From Octopus sinensis (lineage: Eukaryota), in NCBI RefSeq assembly GCF_006345805.1, contig NC_042999.1, positions 119,164,001 to 119,228,000 of the forward strand: a stretch of DNA of 64,000 bases, in the 5' to 3' direction. How positions within the stretch are numbered: position 1 is the stretch's first letter; each line of letters begins with the position of its first letter. Shown here piece by piece: positions 50,296 to 64,000 of the stretch. A program made the position numbers and the translations under genes. The notes beneath the pieces were generated by a model. The model saw nothing but the letters and a program-made list of their open reading frames with translations. It was not told where the DNA came from and ran no database searches.

Positions 50296-51469
50296 AAACC
50301 ATACCCAAGCCTAGTAATTAAAATACTTTATGAAATATCCCCTTTAATGATGTGTGCAACTATTATATAGTATTATGATTAAATAACCATAGGTCATTAG
50401 TAATTTTGCTCTCTGTTACAGAGTCACTGTAAGATTCAGATGTAGAAAAATATATATCTCAAGGAATACCAACAACCAGTAGATTTATTAATTAGTGAGC
50501 ATTCACCGAAGAAATAAGTATTCATATGTTCAAAGATCTAGATTTCTCATTTACTGCTTCTCATATTGTGAAAAGAATTATTATGATTGGCTGAGGAGAT
50601 ACTTTTGAGCATTGCTGAAACATTACTATTGATAATTATATACTTAGGCATTTTATTAGATCAAGGAATATTAGATCAAGGAATTCTGAAATGTCTAACT
50701 TAAAGAAAATTGGACTTTAGTTATCAGTGTGGAAGGAAGTTAATATTATTCTTCAGATATTTCTTTATAAATTTAATTTTCCATTAGACTTAATCATAGC
50801 TCTTATTTCAGTTATAGGATAGATGTAAAATTAAATAAACTATGATACACATATGTTATAATAGTTTTAGTCATTTGCGAAATGAGGTTGACAGATATCA
50901 TCAGAACATTTAATCTTTCATTACAGGTAATTAACTGACACATATTCTTTAACTCTGCAGTGTAGTAGCTTGTAAATAGAGTACCAATCTATTTCCCAAA
51001 GGATTGGTTGTTCATGTATTGATGTTACAGTGTGAATTAAGTGGGACTGCTTGCTGCCTCACACATTATTTGTTTGCAATACTCAAAGAGACATTTTGCA
51101 ATTCAGCTAAAGTTCTATTCATACAGACAGGACCTGATGTTGACCCATCTCAAAACTAATGATAACAAAATGCATATGTTAGTCATGATTCTGTCCTTGT
51201 ATTCCATAGTGCAATGAACATGCTGTTTCTTGGAGACTTTTGATGGTGCAACCACAAGGTTCATCCTGAATATTCTCATCTGGAACACTATAGTTCTATA
51301 TCAACTAAGCCTTGAGTTAAGCTAAGTGGCACAACTTAAGTCCATTTTTATTAAAGGCCAAGTCTTGGCACAGACAAACCACTTCAACATTATAGACAGT
51401 AAAATCAGTAATGGTAGCAGGTTTAGTGATGAATTTTTAGTATCACTGAAGTCATGATGAAAACATTTT

Positions 51470-52290
51470 TTAAACAGACAACACTATTGGGCATTTCTTA
51501 TTTTGTTACTTCTTATTTTTTATTTTCCAGATGGCCAGTTGCTTGACTGTTTAGGAGCGAGCTAAGATAGCAGCATGCTATGAAGTGTGGAATTCCCTTG
51601 TTTTGGTTCAGAGATGGTGGCGTGCATAGAAAGGTAAGCATGCAACACTACATCTGGTGACAACAAAAAGTTATAATGCAAAGCTGATGACCACGGGCTC
51701 TGTGAACGATGCAAGAAGTGACTGTCCAACCACATCCCAATTGGTGGAGAACATGGCAACAGTGAAGGAAATGTTTAATCACAGCCAACAGAAATCAACA
51801 CATCAAGCAGCTCATGAAAGTGGACTAACAAGACACACAATACATATAGTGTTACATAAAGAATTGAATTTTTGTCCGTAGAAACCCCATTACATGCAGG
51901 AGATAAAACCCAAAGACTGTGACCGTAGAAGTCCAAAAGTCCAGAACTCCAAGAAGTCCAGATCTCACTCCATGTGATTTTTACCTATGAGGTTACACAA
52001 AAGGGGAGGTGTACAAGACAAAACCTTGCACACCGGAGGACTTGGAGAAACGGATTCAGGAGGTTCTCAATGGTATCCCAGACAATGTCCTTTGGAAGAT
52101 TGCTCATTCCATCCCTAGCTGTTTGAGGAAACTGGTTGATGCCACTGGTGCTTACATTGAAATATGAAGATTTACTTTCATTTTCTCATATAATAAAGAA
52201 TATGTATAATTTGTTTCAATAAATTTGTAAAAGGAATATGGATTTTATTACCAATTTTTAAAGCCTACCTACTTTTAACCCACTTCGTAG
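51470..52290 (+). mobile_element. Internally deleted Tc1/mariner-superfamily transposon relic
   Basis: An N-terminal HTH-like segment (KLMTTGSVNDARS...ST.QAAHESGL) is joined to PRSPDLTPCDFYL*GYTKGEVYKTKP.T.EDL, the WP.RSPDL.P.D motif region. Confidence 0.75.
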
Positions 52291-52829
52291 ATCTATTATT
52301 GAAGAAAACCAGCTTAGCATTTGAAAGAGAGACGAAGGAACAACACACGTGTTGGTTTAAGAGAAAAATACATATACTGATCCCCTGTTATATATATTTA
52401 TATATAACCACTCTGTTATATGGATCACAGCTTTAGATTATATAAGGCAAATAAGTAGAGTATTGTATTCATTCATGATAAGATACCTGAGATAGATCAT
52501 AACATTACATAAAAATGATAAGTCAGTGATGCCTGTAACCTAGATAAAGCCAAGCTTTCTAGCATGGAAAATACATAGGTACAATGAAATATTCACTGGC
52601 TTAGACATGTTGAGTGAATGAAAGAAATTTAATTATTTAGACAAACACTCTAATTTCAGTCATATGAGACATTAGGGTAAACTCCTGGCTGGGATACAAG
52701 GATGTGCTTAAATGTAACCTGAGAAGATAGGATAACGTTACAACTGTACAACTGCAGCTGAAAAGAGAAGCCAGTGGGGGAATCCATTCATTTGTTATAC
52801 AACTCACAGCAATTCGTTCAAAGAGTGAT

Positions 52830-53830
52830 CATGGTTTATCAGTAGATTACCTAGGGTATTATCAACAGTATTATGCGTAATAAATAGCTGAGATGTAAAT
52901 AGATAGCCCAAAACACCCAAACTCACATTAATAATGATTCCAAGATATTTAATATAATTACAAGAATAGAATTCTATTCTATCTATTTTCAATGTTTGGC
53001 AGAAAAAGATCAACAATTTCTTGGGGCAATATAATTCACACTCTGATTCATTTGCATTTAGGAATATATTATTGTGATCAATCCATTGGTAGAGATATAT
53101 AGATACTCAGTCATTGTTCCAAGTGATTTATTAAATAGTGGACAATTGGTATCATCATACCTTAATAAATAGTAGTACATTGTATGATGCGTATTTTGTA
53201 GATTATTGGTGTATACAAGAATGAATGGATCAAGGACATTAATTTATTTCTTCAAATCCCAATAGATTGATAAATTAAGATCAAGATGATAAGTCAGATT
53301 TAAACCAAAAGTTTAAGACACCACAAATGCCATAATACATTAATATGGCTTTGAGAAATGTATGATCAACAATAGTAAATGTAATCTGCAGATCAACAAA
53401 GCTTTGCAAATATTTATAGGAATGTTCATTTCTTTTGACTACAAATAAAGCCAGAAACTTTAGTGGGGAACAAATGATAAAGTTGTAATATACTGGCATC
53501 AGCCAGAAGCAAAGGCTGCTTAAATGAAATGAGATAGCTTTAATCGAAAATTAAAAATAGATCACAAACTTGGCTGTATAGAATCTTCATTCTACTGTAT
53601 GAAACTTGCCATGTTAGTTGCTATAATATTAATCAGAGTAGTACCATTGAATGGTTGCTTTAGAAACCACATTGTCTCGACGACAATAATATTTTCCCAG
53701 GAATTCTATAAGGTCTAAGCTGTTATGATTTGAAAGATCTCTTTTTTCTTCTTTATCAGATTAATAGACATATATGCTTTACAGTTATAGTATTGTAGTG
53801 AGTAATCTGTTTTCTAGATCAGAATCACTT
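52830..53830 (-). mobile_element. Highly degenerate CR1/L2-group LINE RT
   Basis: QCGF*SNHS; FVDLQITFTIVDHTFLKAILMYYGICGVLNFWFKSDLS (cf. FVDL.KAFDTVDH.IL..KL..YGI.G); VLDPFILVYTNNL (cf. LGPLLFLIYINDL); YDDTN. Confidence 0.75.
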
Positions 53831-54440
53831 TCTATGTTTTTTACCAGTTATTCTTCACAATGAGAAAGTATAGTGTATCTTTGTAAGAGCTAGAAATGCT
53901 AACCTTAAGCATAGAGCAGATATAACTGGAATACACTGGAACAGCTCATCTACCACATAAATGTATGACTGTGGTTACAAAGTTTGCTTCACAAATACAT
54001 GGTTTTCTTGTTCAATTCCACTGTATGGCACCTTTGGAAAGTAATTTTACTACCATAGCCTGAGGTCAATCAGTACTTTCAAACTGGAATTTGGTGTGGA
54101 AGCTTGTGGGAGGAATCTGTTATAAAGCTTGTAGGAGGAATCTGTTACCACTCAACTTGATCCTGCTCTACTGCTACTCTTGACGTCTAGACTTCTCCCT
54201 CTATATCTACGTATTTGGCTAGCCTACTTCATCGTCTGGGAGTGTCCATACAACAGAATTGCATTCATTTTTGACTGGTAAAATTAGTATATCCCGCAGT
54301 TTGACACCTTTCAAGGATTCAAGGACATTCATTTTGGCATTTTGGGTTTGCATTGCATTTCCATTAAAGATTTAAATATTTAAATACTAAACTCCTCATT
54401 GACTACAAAATCCTTTTGTTTCCTTATTGTGACAGTTATT

Positions 54441-54495
<55 letters not shown>

Positions 54496-54639
54496 GTACA
54501 CCCTTTTGCTAATGGTATCATAAATGGTGGGATAGTAGAAAGATAATAAAACTAAAACCCAAAGGACAATCCATTAGCACAGATCATTTGAAGGGAAATG
54601 CATTTTTAACACACAAAGGGACAGGTATGGCTGTTACCA

Positions 54640-54810
54640 GACATGCAAAAAGCAATGGTTATTAAGAAGTCCTAACTGGTTGCTTCCCAATGACTGCTTT
54701 TGGGCTCAATCCCACTACATAATATACTTAGACAAGTATCTCCCACTATGACCTCTGGGTGAACAACGCCTTGTGAGTGGATTTGGTTGATGGAAACAGA
54801 AAGAAGCCCT
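54640..54810 (+). mobile_element. tRNA-derived SINE 5' half on the plus strand (one of only two seen in this orientation)
   Basis: GGGCTCAATCCCACT...CCTTGTGAGTGGATTTGGTTGATGGAAACAGAAAGAAGCCC is the reverse complement of the head region of the other copies. Confidence 0.65.
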
Positions 54811-54830
54811 CTCTATATATATATACATAC

Positions 54831-54885
<55 letters not shown>

Positions 54886-54904
54886 CATATATACGTATTA
54901 CACA

Positions 54905-55350
54905 CAACTGGCATCTGTGCTAGTAGAGCGCTAAGAGCACCATCCAAGTGTGATCGTTGCCAGGGCCATTGACTGGCACGTAAAAAGCACCATTTGAGTG
55001 TGATCATTACCAGCGTCACCTTACTGGCACTTGCGCTGGTGGCACATGAAAAACAACATTCAAATGTGGTCATTGCCAGTGCCGCTGGACTGGCTCCTGT
55101 GCAGGTGGCATGTAAAAAACACCATTTGAGCGTGGCCGTTGCCAGTACCACCTGACTGGCCCACGTGCTGGTGGCATGTAAAAGCACCCACTACACTCTC
55201 AGAGTGGTTAGCATTAGGAAGGGCATCCTGCTGTAGAAACTCTGCCAGATCAGATTGGAACCTAGTGCAGCCATCTGGCTTGCCAGTCCTCAGTCAAACT
55301 GTCTAACCCATGCCAGCTTGGAAAGCAGACGTTAAACGATGATGATGATG
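54905..55350 (+). mobile_element. RTE 3' UTR fragment with (GAT)n tail
   Basis: Collinear with 11740-12205. Confidence 0.8.
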
Positions 55351-55814
55351 ATATATATTACATTCATATTTGTGTTGGATGTATATGCATAGATGTTTGT
55401 ATGCATGTATTTACTTTTATGAATGAGTTCATGTTTCTCCTAATCTCCTAATCTCCTAATCTCCATGTGTGCTCCATGGATGGTAAATAACACCCTTGAT
55501 GTTCATGTGGACAGTGTTGTTTGTTTCCAGTTCTCTGTGTAACCATGTCCAGGCTGCCTGTTGTTTGATAGACTGGGGGATTATTGCCTTGCTTTGAAAC
55601 AGGTGGGAGTTGGTATCAGAACGGGCATCTGGCCATAGAAAACTCTGCCTCAACATACACTCATCTGACCCTTGCAAGACTGGAAAAGTATGTTAAAATG
55701 CTGATGATTATGATGAATATGTATGTATTTGTACATATGTTCATATGCATATTTCTCGTTACATATGCTTCATTACAAAATAGGAGTAAAATAGGTATTG
55801 TTGTTTGTTCCTTC

Positions 55815-56105
55815 TTGTGCCATGCCTGGTTCATAAGGGCCGGTTTCCCAGTTTCATTGGCATATAGGTTCTCCACCTGGATGGGACACCAGTTCATCAC
55901 AGGTGAGCTGTTAGATGCAGGAGGAAAGAGTGAGAGAAAGTTGTGGCAAAGGAGTCAGCAAAAGTTCACCATTACCTTCTGCCAGAGCCACGTGGAGCTT
56001 AGATGTTTTACTAATAAACACATGCATTGCTCAGTCTGAGATTCGAACCTGCAATCTCTCAGCTGCAAGTCCACTGCTCTAATTACTAAGCCATATGCCT
56101 CCAAA
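55815..56105 (-). mobile_element. tRNA-derived SINE (7210-7500 family)
   Basis: Collinear with 7210-7500. Confidence 0.75.
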
Positions 56106-57019
56106 ATAGGTATACATGTAGTAAAACATATAAGACATACTCTATTAGTAATTCTTAAGAGTGAGAATTAAAATAATTATTGATGTGTATGTATGTATGT
56201 ATGTATGTATGGTTGTATGTGTGTCTCCTTGACTAGACATCAAGCATCATTATCATACAAATGGTGGTGCCTGTTTCCAGTTCTCTGTAAAAACCATGCC
56301 TGACCATAGGGAAATGTTGCCTTGATTGGAGAAGGGTGAGGGTTGGTGTCAGGAAGGGCACATGGCTACAGAAAATCTATTTCAACAAATTCCATCTGAC
56401 CCATACAGGCACAGAAAAGTAATTATCAAAATTAGGACAAGGGTCAACAACAACGATGATGATGATGATGACGACGACCTTGATGATGATGATAGTGACT
56501 GATGACAATGATGATGAGAGTGATAGTGATGGTGATGATGATGGAAGTCTCTAAAGAGAAATTTCGCTGAAACTAAATCCTACAGCTAACACCATTCTAC
56601 ATTTGTATATACATTATAAATGACACACACAATGTTATTGTAATATAATGCTGTTTCAAGTGCATATATTGATTTGAATTAAGTTGTATGCATAAATTTA
56701 TCGAGATTTCACAAACTGAAACTGATCTTCTTAATATTTTCATTCTTGCATTAACATGATATAACCTTGTTATAATGCATTTTCAAACCTAATAATACAC
56801 ACTTAGGAGTAAAAATTAAGTAATATTTATTTTTTTAGTAATATTTATGCCATGATAGTTGATGCAACATGGTAGCATACCCTGTGAAAATAACTGGCAA
56901 TCAGAGCTTACTCTTCTACATCTTTTGTTGCCATTTAGTTGTTTTTCAGTTCCAGGTCAAGCCTGACTGAACAGGCCAATGACCAACCACATTCCACCCA
57001 TAACCTATTTCTTTACTAC

Positions 57020-57235
57020 CCACAAGGGGCTAAACACAGAGTGGACAAACAAGGACAGACAAAGGGATTAAGTCGATTACATCGACCCCAGTGCATAACT
57101 GGTACTTAATTTATCAACCTCGAAAGGATGAAAGGCAAAGTCGACCTCGGCGGAATTTGAACTCAGAACGTAACGGCAGATGAAATACCGCTAAGCATTT
57201 CACCCAGCATGCTAGAAATTCTGCCAGCTCGCCGT
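57020..57235 (-). mobile_element. SINE with a GGTACT..TTTATC.ACC.CGAAAGGATGAAAGGCAAAGTCGACC central domain (Nin-domain-like); further copies at about 59710-59890, 63490-63660 and 63955-64000
   Basis: The shared central block and GGAATTTGAACTCAG B-box complement recur in four places. The Nin assignment is from memory. Confidence 0.65.
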
Positions 57236-57524
57236 TCCATCCATAACCATTCAATCTTTCTCCATCCATAGTATATCAAGGAAAATAAGATCTAAAGTGT
57301 TATTTCTGGGTTTAAATCTGGTTACTATTTGTAGCAGATTGAGCAGTCATGTAGTAACTTCCTCGTTTGTTTATTTCTTTAATGGCTTGGATGGTAAATC
57401 TAACTTTGAAGTGATAGGTTTAATATGCAGCTTAATTGAATTCCATCACATAAATATTTGGATACTTATAAAAGAGTTCACTGCATAGAAAATATTCAAA
57501 TCAGATAGCTACAGCACATAATTT

Positions 57525-57758
57525 TATTGGATTAATGCATAATTATTGCAGCATTTTTTTCAACGAATTTTATTCAACAAAAACATATTTAAAGGATTAT
57601 TCCAGAGCATATTCACCATCTACTTCAATTACTGCTTCCTATTTGCTTGGCAGACGGTCATACCATCATTTAAAGATGCTTTTGTTAAATATTGTTATTG
57701 TTTTTGTTGAATAAAATTTGTTGAAGAAAAGCTGCAGTAATTATGTACGAACTCAATA
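57525..57758 (-). mobile_element. Mariner-derived MITE (12262-12514 family)
   Basis: Reverse-complement homology to 12262-12514, with TA-flanked TIRs. Confidence 0.8.
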
Positions 57759-60299
57759 TTAGTAGATATTCAGATCAAATTGCTCATCTGAAAATGTTAT
57801 GGACACTACGGTATTTATGACTTACTTACAAAAGAAAAATGGAAAAGAAATAAAAAGGTACAATAGTTATGACACCAATCACCTTTGCAGTTTTGAACTC
57901 AACTCAATGTCACTACATAAATCCATTCACAGGTTTTCCAGATTATATGTTAAATACTCAGTATTTCTTGCCCTTATCTCTGGAACTACATACCCACCTG
58001 TTTTTGCTCCACTGGTCTCTAATCTATGATAATTTGATATTTATAACAAAATCTAAGGAAAATAGTAATAGACAGTATTAGCAAAGAGAAATACAAAGAG
58101 ATGAAACAGTGTCATAAATATTATGCAATGAAGTTAAAAAGTAGCTTATCTTATGTTTTGAGCTGAACACTTCTTTGGCAGGAGTGATATGTTCGCTAGT
58201 AGTTCTAGAATAGCAGATGAGGGAGTAGTGAGATTAATGAAGAATTATTATAACAGTGAAGAATAAAGGAGGAAAAGGAGAAGAAGGGGGGTGGACAAGG
58301 TAAAAGTAACAAGAGGGGAACAAATATGAGCAGAATGGGTAATGATCAAAGCTCGGAGAAGATAACAGAAATGCTGGCAGATTTGAAAACCACTGAGGGA
58401 AAGCAGTAAGAACAAGGGGGAAAATGCAAACATTTCACATCCAATAGATCTGAGGGAAAATACTCCCAGGAGGGTGTTCTCCATAATAAATTTGCTTACA
58501 ACAGATTCTCACATGTAATACAGTGATCTGGAAAAAACTTAGATCAACTGAGTAATGATTGCATGGATGATCTGAGAAAATGGAGTTTTGCCAGTTTACT
58601 ATATTACATATGTGTGACCCTGACATATTTGTATATCACATACATAACACTGTCTTTCAGTAGCTTCCCTCAGGTTTATATGCAAAGGACTCTACCACAC
58701 ACACACACACATAGAGTCACTCATTAATTTAAACTATGTTGTACCCATAAAAAACTCAATTATTTCAATATAAGAAGACATTTGATATCGAATCTATTCA
58801 ATTTAAATGTATAAAACAATATGCCACAACAACAGTTCCTGCTGTTAATATGATTAACGTTAATACAGTTGAATTAATTCTATATGCCATGTGATATTAT
58901 TCACCTATGGCAGTGTAGTGGTGGTGGCAAATAATATCCTTAAGGTCAGCATTTACTTTTGTGCAACTACTTTTATGCTCCTTAGCTAATTCAATTCACA
59001 ACCAAATTAAATGGGGTTAAGATCAATGAAAAGGACCAGTACTCAACATATTTTCTGGCATACATGTTGAATTCTTCATATCAAAATTTACATCCATCAA
59101 TGGTTAGATTATTTGTACACCAAGATGACTTTGAAGGACCAAAAATTTCATTTGATATTGTTTTCAAATTGCCATATTTCTGTTAATTTTAAAGACCATT
59201 AAGTATAGTTAAGCATACTTAAAAGATCGAGATGAGGGGAATTTATTACTAAAAGCTGACTAAAAATTGGTATAGCAGAAAAAAAGTTACAGAATAAAAA
59301 GATGTGAAATTTGAGGGTGATCACTGGGGCACCAAACTGTTGGTATGCCTATGTCTGTGTGTGAGTGTGTGTATGTGTATCTGTATGCGTGCACGTGCAT
59401 GCATGTGTACACACATATGCATGCACACACATGCATGCTCGCATACACACACATACACACACACACACACACACACAACATGTATACATAAAATAAACAG
59501 TAAGATTCAAGCGGATGCATTGTGGTGTAAACAGTTGAAGAGTGATAGAAATTGAAGCAAATGTTTGGAAAACACAATCTGGATTTTCATGGTTTCATTC
59601 ACATAACAAATTTTGTTCAAATTTTCTGCAACATTGTATTTTTATATGCTAGTGAAAATTGCATTCATTTTTTAACAGAAATTAATAATTCTTTCTGCGA
59701 TAAGTACAATACCTGAAATTTTGAGGTGAGAAGGGGGCAAGTTGATTTCATCAGCTGCAATACTTAATGGTACATGTTTTATCTACTTCATAAAGATAAA
59801 AGGAAAAGTTGACCTCACTGGCATTTGAGCTCAGAATGTAAAGCGGAAGAAATGCTGCTAAACATTTTGTCTAGCATGCTAACATCTCTGCTTACCATTC
59901 TACAGAAATTATTAATAGTGAAAGAAAATTACAAAGCTTTTAAGTTTGAAATTTTAGTCAGTCGGAAAGCTCCATTATTGACATGCCGGAAATCATAATT
60001 TCCATGTGTTGATGATAAGAAAATGAAAATATTACATTGAAAGATGTTTCGTTTTTGATAAATAAAAAGAATTGAATGAAAGGAAATTAAAAAAAAAAGA
60101 AGAAACATGATGAAACCCTTTTAAAGAAGAAAACATTTAATGAAATAAAATGAAGATGTTATATAACCTTTAAATATGGAAAGAAAACGATGTGATGCAA
60201 AGTTCCAAAATGAAAAAAGAAAACAAGTCAGCAACAATGAAATTTTGTTATGCATTGGAACAGTTTTTGCAAGAGATTGCATTTTTCATACCTGCACTA

Positions 60300-60408
60300 T
60301 AACCCTAAGCCCTAGGCCTAACCTGACTCTAACACTTAACTCTAAAACTGAACTCTGGCCTTAAACTCTAATCCTAACTGCAACCTTACACCCTAATTCT
60401 AACCCTAA
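60300..60408. repeat. Degenerate (TAACCC)n-like hexamer array
   Basis: AACCCTAAGCCCTAGGCCTAACC...CACCCTAATTCTAACCCTAA. Confidence 0.7.
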
Positions 60409-60599
60409 GAAAATTAAGCTCCCTTTTTAGATTCTCACTCTCCTATAAGGAAAATTGTGTTTGGTACTTCTTATATTTATTCCCTATGAAATATAATATA
60501 GTGGATGATGGCAGGGGTTTGGAAAACATGTAATTTGATGGAGGTGTTTTATGACTGCCAAAAACTTAAGTGTTCATCTACCTTTCTCTCATGTTTTAC

Positions 60600-61290
60600 T
60601 AACTATAGCTGAGTTAACATTTAGGCATAGAGAAATATGAGCTCATCTAATGGAGAAGAGTGACCAGGGTGCAGTTTAACTTGCCTAGTAACAGTCAGCT
60701 CAGAAGTAATGAGACACACGAGGTGGTGAAATCTACATTCCCACACTAAAAAATGAAAATTCATCCCCACCAATGACAAAGAATTCAGAATCCATGAAGC
60801 TCTGAAATTTAACAATCTTGGGCTTTTTACAGCCACAAAACTCTCACTCACAACATGCATGTCTTCTATAAAACATGACCAACAAACCACTTTTTCCTCC
60901 AAGGTGTACATCATTTAATTTACCTTTCCCAGACAACATAAAATACTGGGTATGATCTCAATTAGACATCCAGATAAAAGTTTGTTATGGCAGACTGAAA
61001 ATGGTTCTTTCAAATTTAACCACATTACCAAAATGCTCGAGGATGAGTGTACATCATCAGCAGACCAAGCATAGATATATTTAGCAGAGAGCTCCAGGAT
61101 GACAATAACATTGATCATCAAATCAGTCTATCATGGACCAACAACTAGATAACTAGCTCTCACTTCGAAGGGTAGGCATTTGCAATCCAAGAACAGGAAA
61201 TAGCAACCAAATACCTAATGCACAAAAGGTACAGAGATGCAGGAAAAACACCAAAATGTGATAACTGATGCAGACTTTGTGCTAAATCTT
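60600..61290 (+). mobile_element. R4/Dong-like LINE fragment (late RT to start of the CCHC knuckle)
   Basis: SSHFEG*AFAIQEQEIATKYLMHKRYRDAGKTPKCDN*CRLC matches the (E)G...AIQEQ.I.T....CRLC motif preceding the restriction-like endonuclease. Confidence 0.75.
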
Positions 61291-62269
61291 TTCCCTACCA
61301 TTTCTTGAACCCCACCCAAAAGGGAAAACTTAATTACAATATTTTTATAGCTTCCAGTTCTTTTTGTCTTGTACTTTTCAAGATTCTGTCAATTAGGAAT
61401 ATCTTTTCTCTTGCATACATGTTTTCCTGTTAGTCCAGCTATTGATTTCTTAGATTAATTAACATGAAATTACAAACTTTGTAAACGGGAGAAGAGAGGA
61501 TACTTGACTGGAATAACTGCTGTTTGTTTTAGCAACTATGCGGGGGAAGAAAAGCAATGAAATGTTGATGAGGGCAGGATCTGAACCCAGAACAAAGATG
61601 TAAAATTAAATACAGCAGATCTTTTGTTCAGCATTTCACTAATTCAATTGCTCTAGTGTACTTGTGTTTGTGTTACAGATAGTGCTACTAGCTACTATTA
61701 TAGTAAGTGTATGAGACATTAAAACAAAAAAATAAATAATCACTATAACTAAAAGAATCTACTACTACTACTACTACTACTACAACTACTACAACTACTA
61801 CTACTACATGCTGCAACTAACTAGAAGGCTTATAAGGATAAAAAGAAAAGAGACTTAAAAAAAACAAAAGAACTCATAGTATTTTCAGTGAAGCAATAAG
61901 TGCAACAATGAAAACAAAAACTAGGAAAATGATGAGACAAGGAAGAAAGACTAATATAATATTAGAAATGAAAACGAGGAAAAAAAAGAAAGAGAGCATC
62001 AGTGTAAACAATAACAATGACCACAAGAAGAAGAAGAAGAAGAAGAAGGAGTATAATGCCACCATCAATAACACCACTACAAGCAACAATAACTATAGTC
62101 AAAAATGCGTAAAGAAACACGATTAGAATATTAAGAAGGAAAAAGGAGAAAAAAAAAAACAAAAACGTATGGCAATGAAGCAACGAAGTGCAACAAAAAC
62201 ATAATTTATAATGACCACAATGAGAATAAGAAGAAAAATAGGAAAACAAGCAAAAAAAACAAGAACAAG

Positions 62270-62271
62270 TA

Positions 62272-62327
<56 letters not shown>

Positions 62328-62348
62328 TAATAAAATAATAATATAATA

Positions 62349-62382
<34 letters not shown>

Positions 62383-62398
62383 TAATAATAATAAAATA

Positions 62399-62445
<47 letters not shown>
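62270..62445. repeat. Long imperfect (AAT)n microsatellite
   Basis: Directly visible. Confidence 0.95.
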
Positions 62446-63102
62446 TGACTGACCCAAAAGGAGAAACTGTAGTTTGTTACAAAACACTGTCGAAAATCAT
62501 CTTCAGCTTTAGTAAACAGAAGTGTAGTGGAAAAGAAGGAAAGAAAGAAAGGAAGGAAGGGAGGAAGGAAAGAAAGAAGGAAGAGAAAAAAAAAGAATGG
62601 TAGAAAGAAAGAAAAAGAATGTTTGAGATGGTATCTTTCTTCTTCTCTCCCCTCCCCTACCTTTGTTCAGTCAGATTACAGAAGATTATGATATAAATGC
62701 TTTTGACAGACATTATTCCATATTTAGTGTGAGATACTGTTTACTGAAGAGAAGTCAAGTTCAATTTCTTGCTGTCTGAGTGTGTTTGTATGTGTGTGTG
62801 TGTGTGTGTTTCCGTCTGTCTGTGTCTAATTGAATATATGTTTATAAATACACCATGTTCAGATGTATGTCTTTCTCTATCTCTATCTCACTCTCTCTAT
62901 ATATATATTTATATATGGGTGGTACTTCAAAGTTACAGTCATCCTTATTTTGCCTAACAACAACAACAACAACAATACTGTATGTATATATGTGTGTGTG
63001 TGTGTGTGTATATATATGTGTATGTATATATATCTATATATATATAAAGTTACAAACTTAGATTCTTTTCCCTGTTCTCATGCAGTTACTTTACATAAAG
63101 CA

Positions 63103-63159
<57 letters not shown>

Positions 63160-63679
63160 CTGCGTGCATGTTTGTGAGTCTAAAAAGGAAATGTTATCTA
63201 ACGCCAGACTAGGGCATCAGGTTAACAAGGTGAGGTGAGTGCAGATAATGTAAGGCTTTACTTGATGCGGATAGATGGCAGGAACATTTAAAGAAAATAA
63301 GATTACGTAGCTTTGTGGTCACTGGAATAAAAGACTGGACAATACAGAATATATGCTACATGACAAACCTGTAAAAGGATTTCATTCATAACCAATCTAT
63401 CATTCGTCATATACTTTACAACAACAATAACAACAATAACGATCCTTTCAAAAATAGCCACAAGGCCTGAATTTTGTGGGGAGAGAGTTGGTTGATTACA
63501 TTGACACCTCCATTGCTCAACTGGTACTTATTTTGTTGGCTCCCAAAAGGATAAATGGCATAATCGAACTTGGTAAAATTTGAACACAGAATGTAAAGGC
63601 TGTAAGAAATTCCACTGGGTGTTTTGTCCAGCATGCTAACATTTCTGCAAGCTCGGCACCTTAATAATAGTAATGGGAG

Positions 63680-63950
63680 ACCCCTTTCGGTCATGAATGA
63701 CCATGGGATTGCACCTAGAAAGTTACCCACGAAAGCACAAGTCCAGGCAAGTTTGTTTATAGAAGGCCAGCAATCGCCCATGCATACCAGCCTCCCCTCT
63801 CCACACCAAGGGAAAAGCAAAGGCCGATATAGCTTGGCACCAGTGATGTCACAACTCATTTCTACAGCTGAGTTAACTGGAGCAACGTTAAACTCACAAC
63901 CTCATGATCGTAAGCTCGACACTCTAACCACTGAGCCATGCACCTTCACA
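63680..63950 (-). mobile_element. tRNA-derived SINE (27380-27710 family)
   Basis: Collinear with 27380-27710. Confidence 0.75.
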
Positions 63951-64000
63951 ACAATAATAGTAAAGTTGACCTTGGTGGAATTTGAACTCAGAATGTAAGG

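Noticed and set aside
5239-63177. Dozens of 60-160 aa ORFs rich in YI, HT, CV, poly-L/V/Y
   Set aside because: They are translations of (TA)n, (CA)n, (AAT)n and similar microsatellites, with no protein-like content.

Overview
This is an AT-rich, microsatellite-dense animal genomic segment made almost entirely of transposable elements and their relics. The SINE and LINE families look like those of an octopus or other cephalopod (inference; no database check). I found no host-gene exon I can support, and most ORFs in the supplied track are translations of microsatellites. The only long clean ORF (29482-32211, minus) is the reverse transcriptase of a young Penelope-like element (PLE) whose downstream GIY-YIG endonuclease is frameshifted. 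Other elements are a decayed Ty3/Gypsy element, several RTE, CR1-like and R4/Dong-like LINE fragments, mariner/Tc1 relics (one nested in another), a non-autonomous Helitron and about 20 tRNA-derived SINEs, nearly all on the minus strand. The most interesting signal is a non-coding 362-bp tandem-repeat family carrying a type-I hammerhead ribozyme with a U3-A8 variant core. It occurs as a very young copy with a 346-bp inverted arm (13779-14702) and as an older diverged subfamily with the same period and compensatory stem changes (4622-5212). I read this as a candidate cephalopod retrozyme / circular-RNA system mobilised by PLEs into (TA)n tracts. Most element boundaries are estimated by eye.
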